In this document: piece by piece, positions 1 through 9,875 of the stretch | Numbering within the stretch: position 1 is the stretch's first letter | Layout: every line of letters begins with the position of its first letter | Source: Bacteroidota bacterium | GTDB taxonomy: Bacteria; CLD3; SB21 | Direction of reading: 5' to 3' | Length of the DNA: 64,000 nucleotides | Assembly: GCA_037445875.1 (NCBI GenBank) | Contig: JBBIJR010000002.1 | Span: forward strand, 4,336 to 68,335 | The notes under the pieces: generated by a model | The model's database searches: none | What the model was told of the DNA's origin: nothing | The model's input: the letters and a program-made list of their open reading frames with translations, nothing else | Position numbers and translations under genes: made by a program

Positions 1-419
1 TCATGATCGACATCGATTTCTTCAAGAAGTTCAACGATACGTACGGCCACCATGTGGGGGACGAGGTGCTCAAGGGAGTCGCCGGCCAGCTCAGCATCGG
101 ACTGCGCGAGTGCGATGTGCTTGCCAGGTTCGGCGGCGAAGAGTTTGTCATCATTCTGCCGGAGACGGCCAAAGAAGGCGCCGTGATCGTGGCGGAGAAG
201 ACGCGCAAGCGGGTCGAGGAAAGGCTGTGGGAATTCCGCAACACGCTTCGCAGCGACACCAATCCGGAGGAGTTCATCCGCCGGCCCGTCACCATCTCGC
301 TCGGCGTGTGCAGTTATCCGGAAGACGGTCCGACCGGCGATGCGCTTGTGGAGAACGCCGACCAGCATCTCTACAAGGCCAAGATCGCGGGACGGAACAC
401 GGTGAGTTTTACGAAGTAG
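1..419 (+). CDS. Diguanylate cyclase (GGDEF domain), 3' fragment; gene starts upstream of the window
   Basis: Translation contains IDIDFFKKFNDTYGHHVGDEVL and GGEEF active-site motif typical of GGDEF domains; ORF open at the window start. Confidence 0.8.
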   Translation, partial: MIDIDFFKKFNDTYGHHVGDEVLKGVAGQLSIGLRECDVLARFGGEEFVIILPETAKEGAVIVAEKTRKRVEERLWEFRNTLRSDTNPEEFIRRPVTISLGVCSYPEDGPTGDALVENADQHLYKAKIAGRNTVSFTK

Positions 420-497
420 ACGGTTTCAGTTATTAGTGAACCGTGATCAGTAAACAGTCCTCATTCCCAAACAAGTCTCCAGCCTACCTTCGGACTT

Positions 498-1103
498 TCA
501 TTCCTCTTTTTTCTCCACCCGGATCCACACGATGAGGGGCATCGGCACAATCTCCGTGCCCGTAAACCCGAGTTCTTTCAATTCCTCTGCAGACATGAGT
601 CCGTGCTTCTCCGTCGAATAGCCTACGATTCGATAGCCAAATTCTCCGAGCAGATTGTCGAGGGGTGCATACACGTTGCCCGCCATCATTACTCTGTCGG
701 TCAGGTGGTATTCGTGCGTCCTGCCTCTGCGTCGGACATGTTTCTGCCATTCGGCAGAGGCGAGGAACGCTCTGACATGGTTGGTTGAAATGTCCGTGTA
801 TAACCTGGGATGACCCACGTCGACGCTGGACAGCTCGATCGGGATGCTGTCCTTTACGCTGTCCCACAGCCGTCGGATCGCAGCGATCTCGCGAGCAAGG
901 TCCACCCGCATCATCGACGGCGCATACCACGAGTACTTCATATATCGGTATTTCACGGAATCGACCGGCCGGCTGAATCGCAACATCCGTCGCACGTCGG
1001 ATTCGACGATCGTCGCGGTGAAATCGACTTCGGTGCGGGTGAAGTGAATCTGGGAGTGGAGGGCCAGAGGAAACAGAAACGAGAGAACCAACAGTCCTTT
1101 CAT
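498..1103 (-). CDS. Hypothetical secreted protein (N-terminal signal peptide)
   Basis: 201-aa ORF, hydrophobic N-terminus MKGLLVLSFLFPLALHSQ; no family recognised. Confidence 0.5.
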   Translation of the reverse strand: MKGLLVLSFLFPLALHSQIHFTRTEVDFTATIVESDVRRMLRFSRPVDSVKYRYMKYSWYAPSMMRVDLAREIAAIRRLWDSVKDSIPIELSSVDVGHPRLYTDISTNHVRAFLASAEWQKHVRRRGRTHEYHLTDRVMMAGNVYAPLDNLLGEFGYRIVGYSTEKHGLMSAEELKELGFTGTEIVPMPLIVWIRVEKKEE

Positions 1104-1183
1104 AGCCAGCCTCCTTCGGTCCGTTGCATATGGAGTAGAAAAACGAAAAGGCCTTTACGGATTGCTCGAAAAAGCCTTTCTTG

Positions 1184-1256
1184 TGAGCCAGGTAGGGATC
1201 GAACCTACGACCTTCGCCTTAAAAGGGCGCTGCTCTACCAGCTGAGCTACTAGCTC
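1184..1256 (-). tRNA. tRNA-Lys (anticodon TTT), CCA not encoded
   Basis: Reverse complement GAGCTAGTAGCTCAGCTGGTAGAGCAGCGCCCTTTTAAGGCGAAGGTCGTAGGTTCGATCCCTACCTGGCTCA folds as a cloverleaf; anticodon loop CTTTTAA; T-arm GGTTCGATCC. Confidence 0.85.
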
Positions 1257-1411
1257 GGTTGCGCTTACGTTTGAAGCGCTGAATGATATCAAAATATTCC
1301 TATACACGCAAGAGGAAAAAACCCCTCCGAATGCGCTTCAGAGGCTGTTTTTCTTGATATTGTGCGCTTGGCTGATTAGCTTCATCACGTCACAACAAAC
1401 AGGGCCAAATC

Positions 1412-3838
1412 ATGCGCCACCTCACGCTCTCCTTTCTCTTTCTCGGATTCGCTGCGGGTCTGATGGCCCAATCCAAACTCGTCCCGTTTCACGAACAGAC
1501 GGACTTTCTCTTTGCTTCCCCGGGCGGCCTCGGTACTGGACTGTATGGTTTCGATAATCCCGCTATGCTCAACTATGTGCGTCACTTCGACGTCCTGTAC
1601 GCATGGCAGACGAATCCGGGGAAATGGTCCGGTCTGTCGCGGTGGGGTCTGTTCACCGCCGTACGGCATCTTGGCTTCGGAGTGATGCATGACCAGACGC
1701 CCGGTTCTCCAAAGAGCGTTACAGATTACCGGCTAGCGCTTGGATTTGGGGACCGAACCTTCGGGATGGGCGTCGGATACGGCTGGTCGGGTAATGCGGA
1801 CAAAACCTACAACCGATCGAGTCTCTGGACGCTCGGATTTCTCATCCGTCCAGACCGGCACGTGTCCTTCGGTCTGACGGGAATATCCGCCACTGCCGGA
1901 GGCGACAAAGAAGGCATCATCGACGTGGCGGTGCGGCCGTTCGGTACGGAGCTTCTCACGCTGTTCGGAGACATGGCGGCACAGACAAAGAAGCCCGACA
2001 AAGACGCCGCGTGGAGCGCCGGGGCGGCGGTGGAGGCGCTGCCGGGGGTGAGGTTCACCGCCCGCTACTTCGACACCGAGGCGTTCACGATAGGCATGAA
2101 CTTCAGCTTCGGTCGTATGGGCCTGGCGTCTCAAACCCATCTCGACGATCGTCAGAAGCAGTCGCGCACGACGTATGCGGTTCGCCTGGGCGCCTACGAC
2201 CGAAACCTGTGGCGTACGCACGTCAAGGACCGCGACGCGTACCTCAAGCTCGATCTCAAGGGACCGGTCAAGTACCGACCGTATGTCTTGTTCGACAAAT
2301 CAACGACGTTCTACGAACTGATCGATCGCATCGACGCAGCGGAACGCGATCCGGGCGTCGCGGGCATCGCGATCAGCCTGTCCGGTGTACAGATCAACCG
2401 CGAACTGGCGTGGGAAGTGCGCGAACGGCTCCGGATGTTCCGATCGTCCGGGAAGAAAGTGGTGATGTACATCGACCGGGCGGACATGACCGATTACCAT
2501 CTCGCTTCCGTTGCGGACCGGATCGTCATGGACCCGCAGGGCATGCTGCTGCTGGAGGGGTATGTCATGGGAAGGACGTTCCTGAAGGGCACGCTCGAGA
2601 AGCTGGGCATAGGGTACGACGAGTGGAGATACTTCAAATACAAATCGGCGGCGGAGGTCTTTTCTCGCGAAAAGATGTCGGAAGGCGACCGCGAACAGCG
2701 GCAGGCGATGCTCGACGATCTGTATGATCTCGTCCGGTCAGAGGTATGCGCGTCGCGAAGCATGTCCACGGAAGCGTTTGACCGCTTGATAGACGAAACG
2801 TTCCTTTTTCTACCTCAGGATGCGTTGAAGGCCGGTCTGGTGGACACGCTTGGACGGTGGGACGTCGTCGAAAAGGTCATCGAACGCATGGAAGGCGCGC
2901 GGAAATCGACCATCAGACCGTGGGCGCTGGAAAAATTTCATCTTCCGTACGACAACCGTTGGGGAGAACCCCCTCGCATTGCGGTCATCTACGCGCTCGG
3001 GGTCTGCGACCTGGAGGAAGGCATTGCAGCCCGCAAACTGGCGAACGTGTTCGACCGGGTCACAAAAGACCGCCGCATCAAGGCCGTCGTCCTGCGGGTG
3101 GACTCGCCGGGAGGCGACGCGCTGGCTTCCGATCTCGTGGCGGAAGCCATGAAGGAATGCCGCAAGAAGAAACCGGTCGTCGTGAGTCAGGGTTTTGTTG
3201 CCGCGTCGGGCGGCTACTGGATTTCGATGTATGCAGACACGATCGTAGCGTCGCCGCAGACGATCACGGGTTCGATCGGCGTCATCGGCGGATGGATGTA
3301 CAACAGCGGGCTCAAGGAGAAGCTGGGATTCTCCACGGATCACGTGAAAGTCGGAAAGCACGGAGACGCTTTGTACGGCTTCCGTATGCCTTTTGTCGGT
3401 CTGGGCTTGCCGGACCGCAATCTCGACGACAGTGAACGCGCCCGGGCGGAGTACGCCATAAAGACGTTGTACCAGGATTTCCTCACCCGTGTGGCGGAAG
3501 GTAGAAAACAATCCGTCAACGATGTCGAGACGGTCGCACAGGGCCGTGTGTGGTCGGGCATAGAAGGGAAGGAGAAAGGCCTGGTGGACGTGCTCGGCGG
3601 ACTCGATCGCGCCATCGCCATAGCCAAACGGCGCGCTCGAATCCCGGACGATTGCGACGTAACGATCGTTCAGATGCCCCGGCCTCCCCTGTTCGATCCG
3701 AACCTGTTCCTCTCCGGCCTCCGCGGCGCACAACAGAAGACGGACGGATGGTACGAACATCTGAAATGGAGATTGGAAAGAAACGGTCAACCTCTCCCGA
3801 TTCTGCCTCTGGACGACATGGAATGGCAGGAAGACTGA
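1412..3838 (+). CDS. sppA: Signal peptide peptidase SppA, 67K type (tandem S49 peptidase domains)
   Basis: 808 aa, N-terminal signal peptide, two ClpP/S49-like halves, motif VVSQGFVAASGGYWISMYADTIVASPQTITGSIGV. Confidence 0.8.
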   Translation: MRHLTLSFLFLGFAAGLMAQSKLVPFHEQTDFLFASPGGLGTGLYGFDNPAMLNYVRHFDVLYAWQTNPGKWSGLSRWGLFTAVRHLGFGVMHDQTPGSPKSVTDYRLALGFGDRTFGMGVGYGWSGNADKTYNRSSLWTLGFLIRPDRHVSFGLTGISATAGGDKEGIIDVAVRPFGTELLTLFGDMAAQTKKPDKDAAWSAGAAVEALPGVRFTARYFDTEAFTIGMNFSFGRMGLASQTHLDDRQKQSRTTYAVRLGAYDRNLWRTHVKDRDAYLKLDLKGPVKYRPYVLFDKSTTFYELIDRIDAAERDPGVAGIAISLSGVQINRELAWEVRERLRMFRSSGKKVVMYIDRADMTDYHLASVADRIVMDPQGMLLLEGYVMGRTFLKGTLEKLGIGYDEWRYFKYKSAAEVFSREKMSEGDREQRQAMLDDLYDLVRSEVCASRSMSTEAFDRLIDETFLFLPQDALKAGLVDTLGRWDVVEKVIERMEGARKSTIRPWALEKFHLPYDNRWGEPPRIAVIYALGVCDLEEGIAARKLANVFDRVTKDRRIKAVVLRVDSPGGDALASDLVAEAMKECRKKKPVVVSQGFVAASGGYWISMYADTIVASPQTITGSIGVIGGWMYNSGLKEKLGFSTDHVKVGKHGDALYGFRMPFVGLGLPDRNLDDSERARAEYAIKTLYQDFLTRVAEGRKQSVNDVETVAQGRVWSGIEGKEKGLVDVLGGLDRAIAIAKRRARIPDDCDVTIVQMPRPPLFDPNLFLSGLRGAQQKTDGWYEHLKWRLERNGQPLPILPLDDMEWQED

Positions 3839-4635
3839 CCGTGAATCGCGAGATCCCCATCCACATCCTGCGCGACCTGCGGACGTTCCTGGAAACGCAT
3901 CAGGAGTTGTTCGGAGACGAAGTGCTCGTCCACCGACGAAACGCAGGGAGCCATACCCCGCTGTCGAACCGGGAGGTTTCCACGGGTGTCGCAGAGACTC
4001 AACAGGAGAGTTTGTTCGTGAGCGAGAACAGAAGGGCCGTGTATACGGCGGGCCTCAAGGATCTCCCCACGCTGACCGAACTGGAGGAGACCGTTTCCGA
4101 ATGCCGGAAGTGCGGGCTGTGCAGGACGAGGACCCAGACGGTCTTCGGCAGCGGCAATCCCGATGCCGATATCATGTTCGTCGGTGAGGCGCCGGGTGCG
4201 GATGAAGACGCCCAGGGTCTGCCGTTTGTCGGGCGGGCGGGACAGCTGCTGACGAAAATGATCGAGGAGCCGCGGAGTCTGGGCCTTCCGCGTGCCCGGG
4301 TTTACATCGCCAACATCCTGAAGTGCCGTCCGCCCAACAACCGCAAACCCAATCCGGACGAGATCGAACAGTGCGAGCCGTATCTCATTGCGCAGATCGA
4401 GCGTATCCGGCCCCGCATTATCTGCGCGCTCGGCGTGACGGCGGCGAACACCCTGCTGAAGAACAACCTGTCACTGGGTGCCTGCCGGGAAAAAGTCTTC
4501 GACTACCATGGGACACCGCTGATCGTCACGTATCACCCGGCCGCGCTCCTGCGAAATCCCAATTTCAAGAAACCGGCCTGGGACGACATGCTTCGCCTGA
4601 AGCGGCTCTACCAGGAATTGAAAAAACCGGTCTGA
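3823..4635 (+). CDS. Uracil-DNA glycosylase, family 4 (4Fe-4S type)
   Basis: Motifs ECRKCGLCRTR, GEAPGADEDAQGLPFVGRAGQLL, HPAALLR. Start chosen at ATG 3823 (16-nt overlap with sppA end); a longer upstream ORF extension looks spurious. Start uncertain. Confidence 0.75.
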   Translation: MAGRLTVNREIPIHILRDLRTFLETHQELFGDEVLVHRRNAGSHTPLSNREVSTGVAETQQESLFVSENRRAVYTAGLKDLPTLTELEETVSECRKCGLCRTRTQTVFGSGNPDADIMFVGEAPGADEDAQGLPFVGRAGQLLTKMIEEPRSLGLPRARVYIANILKCRPPNNRKPNPDEIEQCEPYLIAQIERIRPRIICALGVTAANTLLKNNLSLGACREKVFDYHGTPLIVTYHPAALLRNPNFKKPAWDDMLRLKRLYQELKKPV

Positions 4636-4638
4636 CGC

Positions 4639-5670
4639 ATGGCGCGTGATACCACCACCTATCAGGCGGTACTCAAGGACATTCGCAAAGGCCGGATCGC
4701 ATCCGCCTACCTGTTTCACGGCGAGGAGCAGTTTCTCGCGGAGCAATTGTGCGACGCAATCGTGCAGGCGGTTTTCGGTGCATCAAAGGATGATTTCAAC
4801 CTGCATGTGTTTTACACACGGGAACACGACGTCTCGGCCATCGTGAACGCCGCCATGAGCTTTCCGATGCTGGCCGACCGCAAAGTCGTGATTGTGCGGG
4901 ACGCTGACCAGTTGCGCAAAGAAGACCGTGAAAGCCTGACGGCGTACCTTCAACATCCCCTCGCCTCCACCAGCTTCATCGTCGTCGCATCGAAGGCGGA
5001 TTTCCGTCAGAATCCGTTCAAGCTGCTCAAGGAAGGGGCGGTCTGCGTGGAGTTGAAGCCGCTGCGGGAGTACGAAGCGCCCGAGTGGATCGAAACGTTC
5101 GCCGGGCAGCACGGCAAGCGGATCCGGGAACGAGCGGCCATGTTGCTCGCCTCCAAAATTGACGTGTCCCTGCAGGAACTGTCCAGCGAGATGGAAAAGC
5201 TGGCAACGTACGTGGGAACGCGGGAGGAGATCTCCGAGGAGGATGTCGAGACCGTTGTCGGACTGTCCCGCCAGTACAATATTTTCGAGCTGTGCAGCGC
5301 GGTGGGACGGAAGGACCTTCCGCGTGCATTGCAGATATTCGACCGCATGCACCGGCTGGGGGAGGAACCGGTCGGCATGATCGTCATGTTGTACCGGCAG
5401 TTTGTGATCCTGCTCAAAATCGTTGAAATGCGTGACCAGAGGAGGCCGCAAGCGGAGATCCAGCAACATCTCAAGGATACCCTGAGGATCAATCCGTACT
5501 TCTTCGAAAACGAGTACTGGCCGCAGGCGCAGCTGTTCCAGACCGGTGAGGCGGAGCGGGCATTCGGGTTTCTCCAGGAAGCGGATGAGGCGGTCAAGTC
5601 CAGTCAGATGGATAACGCGCTGATCATACACCGTCTGTTGTTTCAGCTGATTCGGAGCACGGAAGCATGA
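4639..5670 (+). CDS. holA: DNA polymerase III delta subunit
   Basis: 343 aa; N-terminus YLFHGEEQFLAEQ...VIVRDADQL typical of HolA. Confidence 0.75.
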   Translation: MARDTTTYQAVLKDIRKGRIASAYLFHGEEQFLAEQLCDAIVQAVFGASKDDFNLHVFYTREHDVSAIVNAAMSFPMLADRKVVIVRDADQLRKEDRESLTAYLQHPLASTSFIVVASKADFRQNPFKLLKEGAVCVELKPLREYEAPEWIETFAGQHGKRIRERAAMLLASKIDVSLQELSSEMEKLATYVGTREEISEEDVETVVGLSRQYNIFELCSAVGRKDLPRALQIFDRMHRLGEEPVGMIVMLYRQFVILLKIVEMRDQRRPQAEIQQHLKDTLRINPYFFENEYWPQAQLFQTGEAERAFGFLQEADEAVKSSQMDNALIIHRLLFQLIRSTEA

Positions 5671-6335
5671 CGAAGGACCATCGTCCCATCAAGGGCGGGC
5701 TCCAGGACGACAATCTTCGAGAACTCGTTCGCACGCCGCACCTCGTGCGCAAGGCGCTCAAGAGCTATCAGAAACTGAGCGACGAGGAGGTCATCGAGCG
5801 CTTTCAGGAGGGCGACCTCGTGGCTTTTGACGTGATCGTGGCCCGTTACAAAGAACATCTCATCAACTACGTCATGAGCTTTGTCGGAGAACGTTCCGAT
5901 GCGGAGGACCTCGTACAGGACACGTTCGTCAAGGTGTACCGCTATCGCAAATTGTACAAGCGGATCGCCAAATTCTCGACCTGGTTGTATACCGTGGCCG
6001 GCAACTTCGCGAAGAGCGAACTGCGCAAGCGCAAGCGGCAGCAGTTGTACGTGATGTCCAATCTGAGCAACGGGGAAAAGGAATTCGAAGCCGTGGAAAC
6101 GCGGAGCCCGGCGGATGAAATCACCGATTCGTCGTTCAAGAAGGACCTGGTGCGCAAGGCGATCAAGCAACTGCCTCGCCGGCAGCAGGAAGTCATCCGT
6201 CTGAGGGAGATCGAACATCTGTCGTACGAAGAAATCGCTGAACAGACCCACTTGCCTCTGGGCACGGTCAAGTCGCGCGTCAAACGGGCGCGCGAGCGTC
6301 TGCAGAAAACATTGAAGTTCCTGAGGGAGAAGTGA
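5667..6335 (+). CDS. RNA polymerase sigma-70 family ECF sigma factor
   Basis: Region 2 DLVQDTFVKVYRY and region 4 LSYEEIAEQTHLPLGTVKSRVKRARERL; 4-bp overlap with holA and with moaC. Confidence 0.85.
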   Translation: MTKDHRPIKGGLQDDNLRELVRTPHLVRKALKSYQKLSDEEVIERFQEGDLVAFDVIVARYKEHLINYVMSFVGERSDAEDLVQDTFVKVYRYRKLYKRIAKFSTWLYTVAGNFAKSELRKRKRQQLYVMSNLSNGEKEFEAVETRSPADEITDSSFKKDLVRKAIKQLPRRQQEVIRLREIEHLSYEEIAEQTHLPLGTVKSRVKRARERLQKTLKFLREK

Positions 6336-6856
6336 TGCCCGCGCGAAAATCCAAACGGCTCAGTCACGTGGATGCGTCCGGCAAGGCGCGCATGGTTGAC
6401 GTATCTGGCAAAATCGCAGGCGCTCGTCGTGCGGTGGCCCAGGCGGTCGTGCGGATGAACCACGAGGCGTTCGATCAGATCGTCCGGCGCAAGGCGCGAA
6501 AGGGCGACGTGCTCGCCGTCGCGAACGTGGCCGGTATCCAGGCCGCCAAACGGACATGGGAGTGGATTCCCCTCTGTCATTCGTTGAATCTCACGCACGT
6601 ACTTATCGAGTTCTTTCCCGATCGCCTCCGGCGAAGTATTCGCGTCGAGGCGACCTGCGAGGCGGCCGACCGAACGGGTGTGGAGATGGAAGCGCTGGTG
6701 GCCGCATCGACCGCCGCGCTGACGATCTACGACATGGCCAAGGCCGTGGACCGCGCCATGGTGATCGGGGAACTCTGTCTGCTCGAGAAATCCGGCGGCC
6801 GCAGCGGTATCTATCGCCGGTCCTCCCCGCGCGGGAAAGGGCGCCGACGCGCTTGA
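6332..6856 (+). CDS. moaC: Cyclic pyranopterin monophosphate synthase MoaC
   Basis: SHVDASGKARMVDVSGK...KGDVLAVANVAGIQAAKRTWEWIPLCH...VEMEALVAASTAALTIYDM matches MoaC. Confidence 0.85.
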   Translation: MMPARKSKRLSHVDASGKARMVDVSGKIAGARRAVAQAVVRMNHEAFDQIVRRKARKGDVLAVANVAGIQAAKRTWEWIPLCHSLNLTHVLIEFFPDRLRRSIRVEATCEAADRTGVEMEALVAASTAALTIYDMAKAVDRAMVIGELCLLEKSGGRSGIYRRSSPRGKGRRRA

Positions 6857-7617
6857 GGACCGTTCTGCTGCTGGCGCTGATGGGGTGCATGCCGGCCGCG
6901 GCGCAGGACCGGTTGGTCGGTGAGTTCTGCGTATACAAATTGACATACCTTGGCTTCTCCGCTGTGACGATTGAACTGTCGGTCCCCGAAACGCTGGCCT
7001 ACCACGATCGGCACGCCTATCGCACGGTTGCGCGGGCCAAAACCAACACACTGTTCTCTGCGTTCTATTCGCTCGATAACCGATACGAAACGCTGATAGA
7101 CGCCGGAACCGGTCTACCGTTGACCTATACGAAAGTGATCGCGCAAAAGACCTTGTCCCAGCAGATGACGGTCACCTACGATCAACTCAACGGGATGGCG
7201 ACGTACGACGGCGGAAAGTTCATACCGGCCGTGACCAAAACCATACGGACCGCAACGCACAATTTCTTCTCCATGCTCTACGCCCTGCGCGGATTGACGT
7301 TCCGCGAAGGTGAGACCCGGCAATTGAACCTAGATGTGGAAACGGAGCCCTGGGCGGCGGAGATCGCGGTGCTGGGACGTGACGCAGTCGAAGCTGCCGG
7401 TGAACGGAGGGACGCCTGGAAGATCGACGTCCGTTTCCGACCGCTGGAAGTGGAGGTGCGGAGGCGCCATACGGACATTCTCACGCGGCGAGTGGCCACG
7501 GGCAAGAGTCACCTTACGTTCTGGCTCGATGCGAATCCGCCGCACCTTTTCCTGAAAGTGGAATTCGAAATGTCGCCCTTTAACACGTATGCCGTCCTCG
7601 TGGGCGAGCGGCGATAG
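6853..7617 (+). CDS. Hypothetical secreted protein (DUF3108-like?)
   Basis: Long ORF; TTG start at 6853 gives signal peptide MRTVLLLALMGCMPAAAQ and overlaps the moaC stop. Start assignment uncertain. Confidence 0.5.
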   Translation: MRTVLLLALMGCMPAAAQDRLVGEFCVYKLTYLGFSAVTIELSVPETLAYHDRHAYRTVARAKTNTLFSAFYSLDNRYETLIDAGTGLPLTYTKVIAQKTLSQQMTVTYDQLNGMATYDGGKFIPAVTKTIRTATHNFFSMLYALRGLTFREGETRQLNLDVETEPWAAEIAVLGRDAVEAAGERRDAWKIDVRFRPLEVEVRRRHTDILTRRVATGKSHLTFWLDANPPHLFLKVEFEMSPFNTYAVLVGERR

Positions 7618-7669
7618 GCGATTGGCCCGGGAACCCGTGCTCCGTCTCGTATCACGTTGGACCGCCGTG

Positions 7670-8149
7670 ATGCCAATCGTCTGGTTCCTGTCGTTCTATC
7701 CTGTCCGGGCCCAGGCTGCGTTCGTCGAGCTGACGCTCTCCGATTCGGTGCCCGTCTTCGGTCCTGCACTCAAGGTCGTCCGGATGTACTATTCCACATC
7801 CGGGGAGGGACATCATACGCTTACTTCGGTTACGATTAGTCGGAACGTCACGTCAGGCCAGCGCGAGGATGTCGTTTTCAGGTCGGGCGAAGGCGAGTCG
7901 CTGCTGTACTATCGCAGGGCGCTCCGGGGGATGGAGTGCATGTCGGAGGAAATGGATTTTCACTCGGGCGTTCTGCAGCGCCGTCGGATCGAGCCCCTCC
8001 GCGAAATCGATTGCGTCGGGCACGGTACGTCGATTGTTCAGGAACGGACTTCCGATAAAGCAGACGTCCGGCGCGCCGCCCGTGTGATCGAGGACTGGCA
8101 AGCTGATCGGACACTCTTTCGGAACCTCATGCCGCTTCGCATCGAATGA
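7670..8149 (+). CDS. Hypothetical secreted protein
   Basis: ATG at 7670 gives signal peptide MPIVWFLSFYPVRAQA; stop overlaps the start of the next gene. Confidence 0.45.
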   Translation: MPIVWFLSFYPVRAQAAFVELTLSDSVPVFGPALKVVRMYYSTSGEGHHTLTSVTISRNVTSGQREDVVFRSGEGESLLYYRRALRGMECMSEEMDFHSGVLQRRRIEPLREIDCVGHGTSIVQERTSDKADVRRAARVIEDWQADRTLFRNLMPLRIE

Positions 8150-8907
8150 CCGGGCCCGACGAAAGGTATGCAGCGCCCCCCTTTGAATGGCGGACGTTCA
8201 CCGTCCTGGTGGTTCTTGCACTCGGCGGTTTTTTACTGCAGATCGCGAGTGCGATGGCGCTGGCGACAGCGGATGAGCTTGCCCGATGGCCGATCACGCG
8301 GATTGCCGTGACGGTTGCGATTCAAGCGGCGGCGCTGTTCTTCGTTACGGGAGCGGGTCTCTGGCTGGCGGAACGGGTCGGGCTGTCCGTGCCGCTGATC
8401 TCCGGGATCTGTTATCGTCGGAAAGTACCCGGCGGCTACGGCCGCACGGTGTGGATCTCCATGGCGGCCGGCATGCTCACGGCGGCGTCGGCGGTGGTGC
8501 TCGACCTCCTGCTCTTCGAGGGTCGGATCGTAGAAAAACTAAGCCGCGTGGAGAATGTATGGAGCGGATGGGCCCTTGCGTACCATGCCGCCGTCGGCGA
8601 GGAGATACTCTTCCGCCTGTTCTTCATGTCCGCCGTGGCCTGGCTGGCGCAGCGTTTTGGGTTCGACCATCCCGCCTGCATGTGGACGGGGCTGGTCCTC
8701 TCCACGCTGCTGTTCGGCCTCGCGCACCTTCCGGGGGACCTGTCTGCGGTCACATCGCTCGTGCTCGTTCGCACGCTGTTCCTCAACGGCATCGCCGGAA
8801 CGGTCATGGGCTGGTTCTGCTGGCGACGGGGTCTCGAATCGGCCATGATTGTCCATTTTGCCGCGGACGCGGTGATTTACGTTGGAGGGCCGGCCGTCTT
8901 TCCGTGA
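8146..8907 (+). CDS. CPBP family intramembrane metalloprotease (CAAX protease / Abi domain)
   Basis: Multi-TM; motifs EEILFR, FGLAH, HFAAD. Confidence 0.7.
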   Translation: MTGPDERYAAPPFEWRTFTVLVVLALGGFLLQIASAMALATADELARWPITRIAVTVAIQAAALFFVTGAGLWLAERVGLSVPLISGICYRRKVPGGYGRTVWISMAAGMLTAASAVVLDLLLFEGRIVEKLSRVENVWSGWALAYHAAVGEEILFRLFFMSAVAWLAQRFGFDHPACMWTGLVLSTLLFGLAHLPGDLSAVTSLVLVRTLFLNGIAGTVMGWFCWRRGLESAMIVHFAADAVIYVGGPAVFP

Positions 8908-8927
8908 GCGGCAAACCAGCTTCCGGC

Positions 8928-9764
8928 TCAGTCTTCGTTTTTGAACAGGTTCGTCATGAAGTCCACGTAGGCCTTCTCGCTGGCCGGGCAGACCTCCGGC
9001 ATGGTGGACATCGCGATCTCGTAGTTGAACAGCACCTTGACCTGCGCTTTCAGATAGTCCTCCTTGAAAACCCATTCCTTGTGCACGGCGGGATTGATCT
9101 CACGCGGCAATTTCGTGATAAAATGATCGATAAGCGCATGGCCGTAACAGGGACACGATAGGTAGTCCTCGTTGACGCGGTTCAGATGCGCCAGCATGCC
9201 GGGCTTGTCGAGGACGAACGCGTCCCGGACGCGTTTGCCGAAGTGGTACCAGACTTTTGAGGAATACGCGTAGGAACTGAACATCGGGTCCCGGTACTTC
9301 AGGATGATGCTGCGGTCGTAACAGCCCAGGAAGTCCGGAAACGGGCTCGTGCGACTCATTCCGCAGGCGTCCGCTTCGTTAAGCATCTTGCGATGGCCCC
9401 AGTAAGTGCGGTATGACAGATACCAGGGTTCGAAGCGATTCCGCTCGATTTCGTCTCCTTTGAGATAGATCCTCGTGCTCTTCCAACTACCGACGATCGA
9501 GTAGAGGGCATCGAACTTCGGAAAGTCCCGCTTGAAGTAGATCGTGCGGTAGATCGTGTGTCCCCGTTCGTCCACGAGCTCCGTAAAATGCGGATGCGAC
9601 CGCGCCAGTTCTACAGCTGTCTCGACCCTCGCGGAACCCGTCAGCTCGAATTCCAGCGCCACATACCAGCCGCGGTCCACCCACCGGACCGTCTCCGGTT
9701 GTGGCCGAGGCTCCTCCTCTTGTTTTTCGGTTCCCAGGATTGCCTGGATATCCTTCTTTGCCAT
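8928..9764 (-). CDS. Hypothetical protein (Cys/His-rich, no family recognised)
   Basis: 278-aa ORF starting MAKKDIQAILG with coding-like composition; contains CPCYGHALIDHF. Confidence 0.5.
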   Translation of the reverse strand: MAKKDIQAILGTEKQEEEPRPQPETVRWVDRGWYVALEFELTGSARVETAVELARSHPHFTELVDERGHTIYRTIYFKRDFPKFDALYSIVGSWKSTRIYLKGDEIERNRFEPWYLSYRTYWGHRKMLNEADACGMSRTSPFPDFLGCYDRSIILKYRDPMFSSYAYSSKVWYHFGKRVRDAFVLDKPGMLAHLNRVNEDYLSCPCYGHALIDHFITKLPREINPAVHKEWVFKEDYLKAQVKVLFNYEIAMSTMPEVCPASEKAYVDFMTNLFKNED

Positions 9765-9875
9765 CGTGGAGGAGTGTACTATAATTCCACAGCTTGCGAA
9801 AGAGAAATGAACCACGTCCCAATAAAAAAAGCCGCCCGCATGCGGACGGCTTGCCTTTCAACGTTTCAGGGTATG

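Noticed and set aside
3550-3822. N-terminal extension of the UDG ORF (track ORF 3550..4635)
   Set aside because: Overlaps 290 nt of the well-supported sppA gene in another frame; sequence is Arg/Pro-rich with no domain content, so high-GC read-through is the likelier explanation. Start moved to 3823.
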